Part shown: piece after piece, positions 38,206-47,052 of the stretch
How positions within the stretch are numbered: position 1 is the stretch's first letter
Layout: every line of letters starts with the position of its first letter
DNA from: an uncultured bacterium
GTDB taxonomy: Bacteria > Zhuqueibacterota > QNDG01 > DTFT01
Assembly (NCBI GenBank): GCA_963736115.1
Contig: CAVTNR010000010.1
Location: 32,001-96,000, forward strand
Length of the DNA stretch: 64,000 nucleotides
Direction: 5' to 3'
Translations under genes and position numbers: made by a program
The notes under the pieces: model-generated
What the model saw: only the letters and a program-made list of their open reading frames with translations
Databases searched by the model: none
Told to the model about the DNA's origin: nothing

Positions 38206-40548
38206 ATGAATCGCATTCCGACATTGCGCAATAGTACGCTGGCGGGATTCATCCTTCTGCTTTTGCAAACCGCGATATGCGTCGGTCTCGTCATTTTGAA
38301 CATCGCGAAAGGAACGACCCTTTCCTGGATTCCAGCCGCGGTGATCGGGTTTCTCGGAGCCGCGGCAGCGGCGCTGATCTGGCAATACCGCATCCAACCC
38401 TCGGAATCCCTTATTCAGGCGGGCCGGACACTTCACAGCAATGACCTGAGTCGGCTCACGCAGGCCATCACCGATCTGGGCCAGGGCAATTTTCATGTAC
38501 GCATCGATTCCACGGCAAACAAGCTCCCGGCCGGGACGGATCCGAGATTCGAGGAATTCAAGTCCATACTCAACGACCTCACGGCCGTCATCCACAATGC
38601 GGCCGGCGAGTTCAACGAACTGACGGATGTTCCCTGTCTCAGACTCTGTTATGTGGGGTCCGACTCCTTTCTCGAGGGGCGCCTCTGCGGCGAGGCCATG
38701 GCCGCGGCCATCGGCGGCCGGGGTAAAATCTCCATTTCCACCGCCCGGCTCAGCACGCCGAACCTCCTCCTGCGGAGAAAGGGCTTCATCAGCCTGCTGA
38801 AGGAAAAATATCCGGAGATTGAAATCGTCGATATTCATGAGAACAAACGTGAAGAACAAACCACCCGGGAACAGGCGCTTCGCGTCCTGAACGAATTCAG
38901 GGATCTGGCGGGATTCTACATGACCGAAGCGGAGTCTCCGGCCCGCGTGGCCGGCGTCCTGGAGGAATCGGGTCTTGCGGGAAAGGTGAAAATCGTCGGC
39001 CATGACCTTCTTCAGTCCACCATGGAATTCCTGGACAAGGGCGTGATCACCTCCACGATCAGCCAGGACCCGTATGCCCAGGGCCACGACCCCGTCATCC
39101 ACCTGTTCAACCACATCGTGGCCGGGTGGCAGCCCCCCACGCCCCGCATGCTCACGCGCATGGAGGTGGTGGACCGGTCCAACTACCATCTGCACTGGAA
39201 CCCGCAGACGCGCCAGGTTCTGTCCGGAACGGATCCGACGCGGCTGGCGCGGCCCGTGGACCGGCGGCCGGACAGGCCCCTGCGCCTCGTGTTTGTGGGC
39301 CGTGAAGATTCCGAGTTCTGGGTCCCGCTCAAAATGGGGGCGCTGGCGGCCGCGGAGGAACTGAAACCCTACGGCGTGACCGTGGAATGGCGTCTGCCCA
39401 AGAGTGAATCCGTCAAAGCCAAAACCTCGCACGGGAACCTCGAGGGGACCCGCGAATTCCTGATGCTCGAGGCCCTCATCCGCGAGCGGGTCGACGGCAT
39501 CGTCACCTATCTGCCCGAAGCCCGGCTGGTCAAGATTGTCAACCGGGCCGTGGAATCGGGAATACCCGTGATCACGACCAACGGCGAACCCTTCAACCTC
39601 CGGAGTCTGCTCTACACCGTGAATCACCAGGCGCTGAAACTGCTCGACCTGAGCACGCAGCTTTCCCGGAGCGCATTTGACGTCAGCGAGTCCACGTCCC
39701 GGATCGCGGCGTCCATCGAGCGGATCACGTCCGGCATCGTGTCGCAGGACGATCAGCTGCAGGGAACGGAACAGGAGCTCGGCGTGGTGTCCGACCACAT
39801 CGAACGCATCCACTGGGAAGCGGACCGGAGCGCCCGGAGCGCATCGGACACCTGGAGCCAGGTGGAGACCAGCTCGGGGGCCCTCAAGGAATCCATGGAA
39901 AGCTTCAAGTCCATCGTCACGGACGCGGAGGAGGCCTGGAAAACCGTTCAGGGGCTGGCCGAAACGTCCGAGCGGATCGACTCCGTGATGCAGATGATCG
40001 ACGAAATCGCTTCGCGCGTCAATGTTCTGGCCTTGAACGCCCAGATCGAGGCGACGCGCGCCGGCGAGGCCGGCCGCGGATTCATGGTGGTGTCCAACGA
40101 GATCCGCAGCCTCTCGCGGAATACGACGGCCGCCACTTCGGAGGTTTCGGAGCTGGTGGAACAGATCAAGGACGGCATTGCCGGCGTGCAGGATGCCGTC
40201 TCCCAGGAAATGAACAAGATGCGGGAGTCGTCCGAGGTGACGGACCGGGCCGAAAGCACCATGGGCGTCATCCTGACCTCGCTCGGAGAAAACAAACAGC
40301 GGCTTCTGCGTATCGTGGAGGCCGTCGACCAGGCGCGGAAGTCTTCGGGTCAGGCGCGCGAGAACATGGAACACATGTCGAAACTGAGCGCCCGGAACAC
40401 GGAATCGCTGAAGGAGATCAACGCGACCACTGAGGCGATGACCCGCCGGTTTCAGGACGTCGCGGACATGGCCTCGCTTCTGGAAAAAATCGCGGAAGGC
40501 GAGAAAGGGCTACTGGCGAAGTTCTCGCTGAAGCCGGAGGATAACTGA
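38206..40548 (+). CDS. Methyl-accepting chemotaxis protein with an internal sugar-binding (RbsB-type) domain
   Basis: Two N-terminal TMs, HAMP-like segment, PBP motifs (YVGSD, KIVGHD, ISQDPY.QG, FW....GA..AA.E, GIPVIT.N) and MA tip NVLALNAQIEATRAGEAGRGFMVVSNEIRSLS. Confidence 0.88.
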   Translation: MNRIPTLRNSTLAGFILLLLQTAICVGLVILNIAKGTTLSWIPAAVIGFLGAAAAALIWQYRIQPSESLIQAGRTLHSNDLSRLTQAITDLGQGNFHVRIDSTANKLPAGTDPRFEEFKSILNDLTAVIHNAAGEFNELTDVPCLRLCYVGSDSFLEGRLCGEAMAAAIGGRGKISISTARLSTPNLLLRRKGFISLLKEKYPEIEIVDIHENKREEQTTREQALRVLNEFRDLAGFYMTEAESPARVAGVLEESGLAGKVKIVGHDLLQSTMEFLDKGVITSTISQDPYAQGHDPVIHLFNHIVAGWQPPTPRMLTRMEVVDRSNYHLHWNPQTRQVLSGTDPTRLARPVDRRPDRPLRLVFVGREDSEFWVPLKMGALAAAEELKPYGVTVEWRLPKSESVKAKTSHGNLEGTREFLMLEALIRERVDGIVTYLPEARLVKIVNRAVESGIPVITTNGEPFNLRSLLYTVNHQALKLLDLSTQLSRSAFDVSESTSRIAASIERITSGIVSQDDQLQGTEQELGVVSDHIERIHWEADRSARSASDTWSQVETSSGALKESMESFKSIVTDAEEAWKTVQGLAETSERIDSVMQMIDEIASRVNVLALNAQIEATRAGEAGRGFMVVSNEIRSLSRNTTAATSEVSELVEQIKDGIAGVQDAVSQEMNKMRESSEVTDRAESTMGVILTSLGENKQRLLRIVEAVDQARKSSGQARENMEHMSKLSARNTESLKEINATTEAMTRRFQDVADMASLLEKIAEGEKGLLAKFSLKPEDN

Positions 40549-40598
40549 CCCGTACGATGTGCCGGATGCGGAACAGCGCGTGACATTGCAGAAACGGA

Positions 40599-40692
40599 AG
40601 ACCCGAAAGGTCTGTGAGACCTTTCAGGTCTGATTTTTTACGGGGACGACAGAAACCAAAACCTGAAAAGTCGATCAGACCTTTCAGGTTTT
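40599..40692. repeat. Two AGACC-GAAAGGTCT-type palindromes
   Basis: AGACCCGAAAGGTCT-GTG-AGACCTTTCAGGTCT and AAAACCTGAAAAGTC..GACCTTTCAGGTTTT between convergent genes. Confidence 0.7.
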
Positions 40693-40729
40693 GCGTGTCA
40701 ATCCGGAGCGGGGATCAACGTCCGGAATT

Positions 40730-43360
40730 TTACGGCGTCACCTCCAGGACGGCTTTGGACCGGATGTCATCCGACGCGCCGCCGACACGGATTTCAAAGA
40801 GACCCGGCTCCACCACCCATTTCATGTCTCCGTTCAGCATCGCCAGCCGGTCGCGGCCGACCGGGAATTCCACGGTCTTCGTTTCCCCGGGTTCCAAAGT
40901 GATCCGCCTGAATCCCTTGAGTTCCTGAAGCGGCCTGGAAACGCTCCCCACCCGGTCGTGAATGTACAACTGCACGACTTCATCCCCTTTCCGCGTTCCC
41001 GTGTTGCGGACATCCACAGAAGCGCGAATTTCCCCGTCCGGGGGCATGGAAGCGGCGGACAGCTTCAATGCGCCGTATTCGAACGTCGTGTACGACAGGC
41101 CTGTGCCGAAAGCGAATTGCGGGCTCCCGGTCAGGTCCACATAATTATACCCGCGGCCCGTGGGCTTGGCATTGTAGTACAGGGGAACCTGCCCCTCCGA
41201 GATCGGGAACGTGATGGGCAGTCTGCCGCCCGGATTGACGTCTCCGAACAGGGCCGCGGCCACGGCGGAACCGCCTTCCTCGCCCGGATACCAGGATTCG
41301 AGCACGGCATCCGCGGAAGCGATCCAGTCCGCGACCGTGACCGCGCTGCCATTGGTCAGCACCACGACCGTCGGCTTTCCGGTCGCCGCGATTCCGTTGA
41401 TCGCCCGAACGACATCGGGGTGCAGGCCGAGGTCGGACCGGTCGCGGCCCTCGCCCTCGTTGACGCCCGCCACAATCACGGCCGCGTCGCAGGCTTCGGC
41501 CGCTTCAACGGCCTCTCGGATCTCAGCCGCGGCTGGGTCCTTTCCCGAAACATCCCATCCCATGGCCGCAAAAGCCTGGCCCGAATTCTCGTAGTATTCG
41601 ATGCGGAGGTCGTATCTTCGGCCGGCCTCCAGCACCACGCGCACCGTGTCCGTCGATGGCGCCCGGTCCGACCAGGTCTGAAGGATCCGTTCGCCGTCCA
41701 GATAAACGCGCACCCCGTCGTCCGTGGTGAAGGCCAGAACGCAGGGGCCGCTGACCGGCGCTTCGAGTCTGCCCGTCCAGCGGGCGGAAAAACGCTCCGC
41801 CGCGATGGACGGATCCGGGGATCCGTGCCCCCAGTCGAAAAACAGGTCCCGGTCGATGCGCGTCAGAACCGGCCGGCCTTCCAGTCCGGTGTTGTCGAAG
41901 TATTCCCCGAGCAATCCGCGTTCGCCTTCCTTCCCTCCGGTCGGTGTCAGCCATTCGGAGGGTACCGCGGGATAGGTCCGGCTGCCGCCCGCGGGCCCTC
42001 TCGCGTAACGCACGTCGGCGGCGGGCACGGCCTTGCGGATGCCGTCCAGTACGGACACCACGGCCATGCCGCTGCCGGAATAACCGCCCAGCCGGGGAGC
42101 CGCGGCCGGCGTGCCGATAATCGCGATGGATTTCAGTTCCTTCCGGAACGGCAGTGTGCCGTCCGCGTTCTTGAGAAGGACGAGGGATTTTTCAGCGGCC
42201 TCGCGGGCCAGGGCCCGGTGCGCCTCGCAGTCATTGAGGCGCGCCGCTTCCTTCGGGTCCGCATAGGGATTTTCGAACAGCCCCAGCTCGAACTTGACGG
42301 TCAGTACGCGCCGCACGGCGCGGTCGAGCACTTCCGGGCTCACCTTTCCGGATCGGACCGCGTCGATCAGGGGTTTTCCGTACATGACAATGGAGGGCAG
42401 TTCCACGTCCAGGCCGGCGGTGATGGCCTGTCTCGCGCACTCCATGGAATCCGCGGCCGTCCGATGCAGGCTGAATATGCCCTCCACTGACGTGTAATCG
42501 GACACCACGTATCCCTTGAAGCCCCATTCGCCCCTCAGCACGTCCGTGAGCAGCCACCGGTTCGAGGAGCTCGGTGTGCCGTCATAGGAATTGTACGCCG
42601 CCATGATGGAGCGCGCGCCCGCCCCGGCGATGGACGCCTGAAAAGCGGGAAAGTAGATTTCGCGCATCAGGCGCTCGGAAAAATGCGCCGGATTGCTGTC
42701 CCGGCCGCCGTCCCCGACATTGGCCGCGTAATGCTTGGGCGTGGTGACGATGCCCCGCTTCTCGAAGGCGGAGATAAAAGCGACAGCCATGGCGGATGTC
42801 AGGAAGGGATCCTCGCCGTAGGTTTCCTCGACGCGTCCCCAGCGGGGGTCGCGGGCGATGTTGATGGTGGGTGACAGCACCTGCCGAATGCCCCGGCTTT
42901 TCGTTTCCTCGGCAATGGCGCCGGCCACCCGGCCCATCAACTCCGGTTCCCACGTCGCGGCCAGGCCGATGGCCTGGGGAAAACTCGTGGCCTTCTCCGC
43001 GATGAGCCCGTGCAGGGCTTCGTCGTGCATCATCACCGGTATGCCGAGTCGGGTTTTCGAGGTCATGAATTTCTGGATGCGGTTCAGTCTTTTCGCGGCC
43101 TCGGCTCCCGTGTACGGCCGTAGAATGCACCCCAGACCGCCGATTCCATTCCGCATGGCCGCGTCCGTGACCGGGTCCTCGCTGATCTGGCACTGGAGCT
43201 GGCTGACCTTCTCCTCCATGGTCATGCGGCCGAGAAGGTCGTCAACCCGTCGCTCTACGGAAAGGTTCGGATTTTGATAATCGGGGACAACCGAGAATAC
43301 CATCGCCGGGATGACGAGAAACGATATCGCCGCCAGCACTCTTTTGACAGACTGGTTCAT
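40730..43360 (-). CDS. GH3 beta-glucosidase/xylosidase with PA14 insert and Fn3-like domain
   Basis: RDPRWGR.EETYGEDP, KHY, VVSDY, LVLLKN, PA14 FSARWTG, GEG.DR, WYPG..GG, FG.GLSYT, ELKGF.RI.L.PGE. Confidence 0.95.
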   Translation of the reverse strand: MNQSVKRVLAAISFLVIPAMVFSVVPDYQNPNLSVERRVDDLLGRMTMEEKVSQLQCQISEDPVTDAAMRNGIGGLGCILRPYTGAEAAKRLNRIQKFMTSKTRLGIPVMMHDEALHGLIAEKATSFPQAIGLAATWEPELMGRVAGAIAEETKSRGIRQVLSPTINIARDPRWGRVEETYGEDPFLTSAMAVAFISAFEKRGIVTTPKHYAANVGDGGRDSNPAHFSERLMREIYFPAFQASIAGAGARSIMAAYNSYDGTPSSSNRWLLTDVLRGEWGFKGYVVSDYTSVEGIFSLHRTAADSMECARQAITAGLDVELPSIVMYGKPLIDAVRSGKVSPEVLDRAVRRVLTVKFELGLFENPYADPKEAARLNDCEAHRALAREAAEKSLVLLKNADGTLPFRKELKSIAIIGTPAAAPRLGGYSGSGMAVVSVLDGIRKAVPAADVRYARGPAGGSRTYPAVPSEWLTPTGGKEGERGLLGEYFDNTGLEGRPVLTRIDRDLFFDWGHGSPDPSIAAERFSARWTGRLEAPVSGPCVLAFTTDDGVRVYLDGERILQTWSDRAPSTDTVRVVLEAGRRYDLRIEYYENSGQAFAAMGWDVSGKDPAAAEIREAVEAAEACDAAVIVAGVNEGEGRDRSDLGLHPDVVRAINGIAATGKPTVVVLTNGSAVTVADWIASADAVLESWYPGEEGGSAVAAALFGDVNPGGRLPITFPISEGQVPLYYNAKPTGRGYNYVDLTGSPQFAFGTGLSYTTFEYGALKLSAASMPPDGEIRASVDVRNTGTRKGDEVVQLYIHDRVGSVSRPLQELKGFRRITLEPGETKTVEFPVGRDRLAMLNGDMKWVVEPGLFEIRVGGASDDIRSKAVLEVTP

Positions 43361-43410
43361 GATTCAGTGCCTCCGTTATTAAATCTCGGATCAATGATGA
43401 AGTCTTCCCT

Positions 43411-43498
43411 GTCTCCGTGAGATCCGCTTCCCTGCGGGGCAGGGAGTGCCGGATGAGGGGCTTGTCGCCCGAAAGGCGATTTGCACACGAAGGGCCTC
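43411..43498 (-). repeat. 88-bp dispersed structured repeat, copy 2
   Basis: Inverted match to 25341-25428. Confidence 0.8.
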
Positions 43499-43505
43499 CT
43501 GAAGA

Positions 43506-43708
43506 TTGAAGCTCCCCGCCGCCCGCTGCGCGGGACCAAGCTATTATATGCCTTCTGTTTGAAGGCAAGCGGCGGGGAATCTTCTATCTGTAGAGAAAAG
43601 ACATCTTATATTCGCTCGCTTACCCCGGGGCCCGCTGCGCGGGATCAAGCTATTCTATTTTTGAATTGTTGAAGACAAGCCCCGGGGAATGCGCTCGCTG
43701 TCAGATTC
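43506..43708 (+). mobile_element. Non-autonomous two-hairpin element, copy 2 (both hairpins carry the mini-module)
   Basis: Aligns to the reverse complement of 21883-22041 with one extra insertion of about 44 bp. Confidence 0.75.
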
Positions 43709-43718
43709 GATCCAGTTT

Positions 43719-44207
43719 TTATACCGGGAAATCTTCCGCGATGCGCCGGGCCCATTCCGCCGCGCGCTCCAGTTCCCCTTCCTTCAGCGGCCCTTCGGAC
43801 GCGCGGACTATAAATCCCACAGCCGGCGCGGCCGGAACCCCGCCCTTGCCCGTGAGGCGCTTGTGCATCGATTCCGCCGCGTATCCGAAACGCGTCACCA
43901 CGAAACGGCCGATCCGAGAGCGGATGTCCTCGGGCGCCATCCGCGTATCGAAGGACAAGATCCGGACACCCTTCAATTCGTCCGCGGGAATTTCCGAAAT
44001 CCATCGGACGACGGAAGGCATTGGCCTGAAGCCGCGCGTGGGAGAACCCATCACCAGCAGGTCCGGCCATCCGCCGGATGCCGGCCGGCCGAAGGCCGAA
44101 GGCCTGGCCGCGGTCACGTCCATGCGGCCGGATAGCCCGGCCTTCACGGCCATGGCGATCTTTTCAGTGTTACCGAAAAACGAGTCGTAGACGATGAGGG
44201 CTTTCAT
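43719..44207 (-). CDS. Flavodoxin family protein
   Basis: MKALIVYDSFFGNTEKIA, GSPT, FDTR, GPL.EGE.ERA..WA. Confidence 0.88.
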   Translation of the reverse strand: MKALIVYDSFFGNTEKIAMAVKAGLSGRMDVTAARPSAFGRPASGGWPDLLVMGSPTRGFRPMPSVVRWISEIPADELKGVRILSFDTRMAPEDIRSRIGRFVVTRFGYAAESMHKRLTGKGGVPAAPAVGFIVRASEGPLKEGELERAAEWARRIAEDFPV

Positions 44208-44353
44208 GGAAATCGCTCTCCGGGGAAGGAATGCGGAAGACTCGGGAGTTACCGAAGGACACCGCAACCGGTCTCAAATATTACGACGGCCGCGGCATAA
44301 AAGCAAGGGGAAATAGGATTGCGGAACAACAGAGAAGCCGGGTTCGGCCTCGA

Positions 44354-45580
44354 TCACCGGGTCTCCGCCTCGATCATCGCCGCCCACTTCATCCGCCAAT
44401 TAGGATATTCATCCGACAGCAGATCCGCCGGCCAGTCGCCCAGCCAGCCGTACGCGTTCCGCCGCTCGGCCGAGATCTCCGACAGATCGAAAACCATGCG
44501 CCCGTCCCGGTCGCTGAAGAATGGCCGGTCCGATCCGATCTGGTAGAACCGGGCCCACAGGGACGGCGCCTCCGGGTCGGCGATGACCACCCGGTTCCAT
44601 CCGGTCGGGCTCGAAGGATCCGTCTCCCGGACCACGCGGATACCGCGGATGCGCGCACTGTCCAGCCAGGCGGCCGCCGCGGTCACGGCCCGGATGATTT
44701 CCGGGGTCGGGGGCTCGATGCGCATCAGAAAGCGGACGATCCCCGTGGTTTCCTGGCCGCTGAGGCCGGGCAGTTCGTACCGGCGGGCGCCGGCCGGCTG
44801 CAGGGTGTGCTCGTCATACTGGGCGCACCAGGCGGTCAGCCGGCCGCCTGTTTCCACCTGGGTCCGCAGGATGCAGCCGATCCCTCTCTGTATCGCTTTC
44901 CTGACCCGTTTCCTGCGGCCGCTGTCCACGAAGGCGTATTCCGGCCTGTCAAGGTCCACATCGTGCAGGAGCCGCAGGACGCCGATCATAGCGTCGTCGT
45001 TGAAGGTAATGCGTGAAAAGTATCCCTGCCGGCGCGGGTAGTACTGCGGCCATCCCCCGTTTCTGTACTGGGCCTTAAGCAGGTAATCCAGGCCCTTTAA
45101 AAATGACCGCGTCAACCGCGTGTCGTGGGTTTTACCGAACACGCGGCCGAGAAAAACCATCTGGGTGTAAGTGGCGCCGTTGTCGATTGTGGACAGCGGT
45201 TCGTCGGGGTGTTCCGCCAGCTCCCGTTTTTCCGCCTCGCTCAGGACACCGGCCATGTCCAGGTTCTTGGGCCAGCCGCCCGAGCGCCGCTGAAAGAGAA
45301 TCATGTTGTCCGCGATCCCGACCGCTTCCGCGGTCCCGTACCAGGCCTCCGGACGGTTCAGGAGATCGTGGGCCAGCCTGGACTGGGCTGTTTCGCGGAC
45401 GTCCGCTCCCCGGGCATCGGGTTCCCGCCGCTCCTGTCCGGCCGCGTATGCGGGAAGGAGCAGAACCAGCAGTCGGACAGCCGTTGAATGAATGAGGCCG
45501 CGGATGGGCTTGGGTCCGACATTCCGGACCGAAGCCCATTCGGAAAACCGAACCGTTGAATGGCAAATGGCTTTCAACAC
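44354..45580 (-). CDS. Pectate lyase, family PL10 (PelA-type)
   Basis: QR.SGGWPKN, TIDNGAT, QY.NGGWPQYYP, ITFNDDAM, WCAQ.DE..LQP..AR.YE, ERR..Y.W. Start codon uncertain. Confidence 0.9.
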   Translation of the reverse strand: MLKAICHSTVRFSEWASVRNVGPKPIRGLIHSTAVRLLVLLLPAYAAGQERREPDARGADVRETAQSRLAHDLLNRPEAWYGTAEAVGIADNMILFQRRSGGWPKNLDMAGVLSEAEKRELAEHPDEPLSTIDNGATYTQMVFLGRVFGKTHDTRLTRSFLKGLDYLLKAQYRNGGWPQYYPRRQGYFSRITFNDDAMIGVLRLLHDVDLDRPEYAFVDSGRRKRVRKAIQRGIGCILRTQVETGGRLTAWCAQYDEHTLQPAGARRYELPGLSGQETTGIVRFLMRIEPPTPEIIRAVTAAAAWLDSARIRGIRVVRETDPSSPTGWNRVVIADPEAPSLWARFYQIGSDRPFFSDRDGRMVFDLSEISAERRNAYGWLGDWPADLLSDEYPNWRMKWAAMIEAETR

Positions 45581-45839
45581 ATTGCTCCGTTTTTATCCGT
45601 CAGGACCGGACCGGAAACCGATGGGTTCGGGAAACCCGGGGGCGTGAACCTCCCGCGGGGACTTCAATAATGCACAAATATTATAGCTTGATCCCGCATT
45701 GCGCGGCGGGACCATCGCGCCCACAGATGTTCCTCTCAATTATACTAAAACCGCCAATCAAATTCAAATCATTTCGGGACCTGCTTCCCTGCCCCCCGTT
45801 CCGGCTCAGGCCCGTTCCGGCCTACGGCGGCCGATACAA

Positions 45840-45898
45840 ATAAACCGGCTTTCGGATTCCGCCGCTCCATCGCGGAAAATCCGAAAGCCGGTTTTATT
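45840..45898 (-). terminator. Long hairpin terminator after the PorV/PorQ gene
   Basis: AAACCGGCTTTCGGATT ... AATCCGAAAGCCGGTTT inverted repeat. Confidence 0.6.
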
Positions 45899-45968
45899 AC
45901 GCGGCCCGTCCGTTCAACGCCGGGCCCTTTACAATCCGGAGAGAAAGGACCGAGACAACAGGACCCGA

Positions 45969-46985
45969 TCAAAATCCGATTCCGACCGTGAATTTCTGGA
46001 TGTCGTTCAGGCGCCCGAATTCGTGATACGCGTAATCGATGGTCAGGCGGACGCCGCGTCCGACGGAATATTGAAGACCCGCGCCGACGCTCAACCCCTC
46101 CTCAGAATCCTCCGCGAAAAGCGACTTGTACCCCGCCCGGATCGACACCATGCGGTCAAAAACGTATTCACAGCCCACGTTGACGCTTTCCACGTCGTCG
46201 TTCGGATGCAGCGCGTCCACCGCCAGGATGAGATTGCTCCTCCCGTATCCCTTCAGCACATCCGCCGAAACGCCGACCCGGAACAGCAGGGGAAGGTCGA
46301 AGGCGTCCGTCTGGAAGTAAGCCGGGATGTTCTCATTGTTCCCTGTGACCGTCGGGTCCGGATCCTTCTGCGTCTGCATGTCCCGTCCGCCCAGCCGCAT
46401 TTTCGTTCCGTAGTTGGTGACGCTCATGCCGATCTTCATGCCGTGAAACTGCGTGTCGAACAGTGCGCCGAAGTCCAGCGCCGCGCCCTTCGCCGCGGAA
46501 TGGTAGATTTTCTCATGGATGAATTTCCCCGACAGGCCGATGGAAAACCGGTCGGTCAGATTCCGGGCATAGGAGAGACCGAACGCGAAACTCCCGGCAC
46601 CGAACATCTCACCGGTGCCGTCCGGCTCCAGTATCGTCGTCCGCTCCATCTCATCCATGGTCTGGAACTGGCCGCTCACGCCGATGGCGCCGATGTTGCC
46701 GAGATTCATCGCCACCGCCGCGTAACTCATGCGGATGTCCGCGAACCACCGGGCGTGGCTGAAAACAGCCTCGTTTCCACTGATCCTCGCCAACCCGGCC
46801 GGATTCCAGTACATGGCCGTGGCGTCCTCGACCACCGAGACGTACGCGCTGCCCATTGCCACGGCCTGCGCGCCCACGTCCACTTTCAGCAGCGGTACCG
46901 CCGTCGTTCCGGCCTTCGTGACCTGTTTCGCCCCGAGTCCGGTTGCCGCGGCGACCGCCAGCAGGATGCACAATCCTTTTCTCAT
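45969..46985 (-). CDS. PorV/PorQ (UPF0164) family outer membrane beta-barrel
   Basis: K.GTT...L...VGA..AMG.A......DA.A.YWNPAGLA; C-terminal IDYAY..FG.L....KF..G.GF. Confidence 0.88.
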   Translation of the reverse strand: MRKGLCILLAVAAATGLGAKQVTKAGTTAVPLLKVDVGAQAVAMGSAYVSVVEDATAMYWNPAGLARISGNEAVFSHARWFADIRMSYAAVAMNLGNIGAIGVSGQFQTMDEMERTTILEPDGTGEMFGAGSFAFGLSYARNLTDRFSIGLSGKFIHEKIYHSAAKGAALDFGALFDTQFHGMKIGMSVTNYGTKMRLGGRDMQTQKDPDPTVTGNNENIPAYFQTDAFDLPLLFRVGVSADVLKGYGRSNLILAVDALHPNDDVESVNVGCEYVFDRMVSIRAGYKSLFAEDSEEGLSVGAGLQYSVGRGVRLTIDYAYHEFGRLNDIQKFTVGIGF

Positions 46986-47052
46986 CGTCCAGTCTCCTTG
47001 GTTGTTTCCTGGAGACGGGGTCCGGTCCGGCCGGAACCCCGTTCCGGACCGC

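Noticed and set aside
38182-40374. 730-aa - strand ORF
   Set aside because: Antisense shadow of the chemoreceptor.
40691-42490. 599-aa + strand ORF
   Set aside because: Antisense shadow of GH3.
43506-43690. Possible mini-CRISPR (units ending TTGAAG with variable sequence)
   Set aside because: Only two adjacent units, variable parts of 15-18 nt, other copies dispersed, and no cas genes; better explained as nested repeats.
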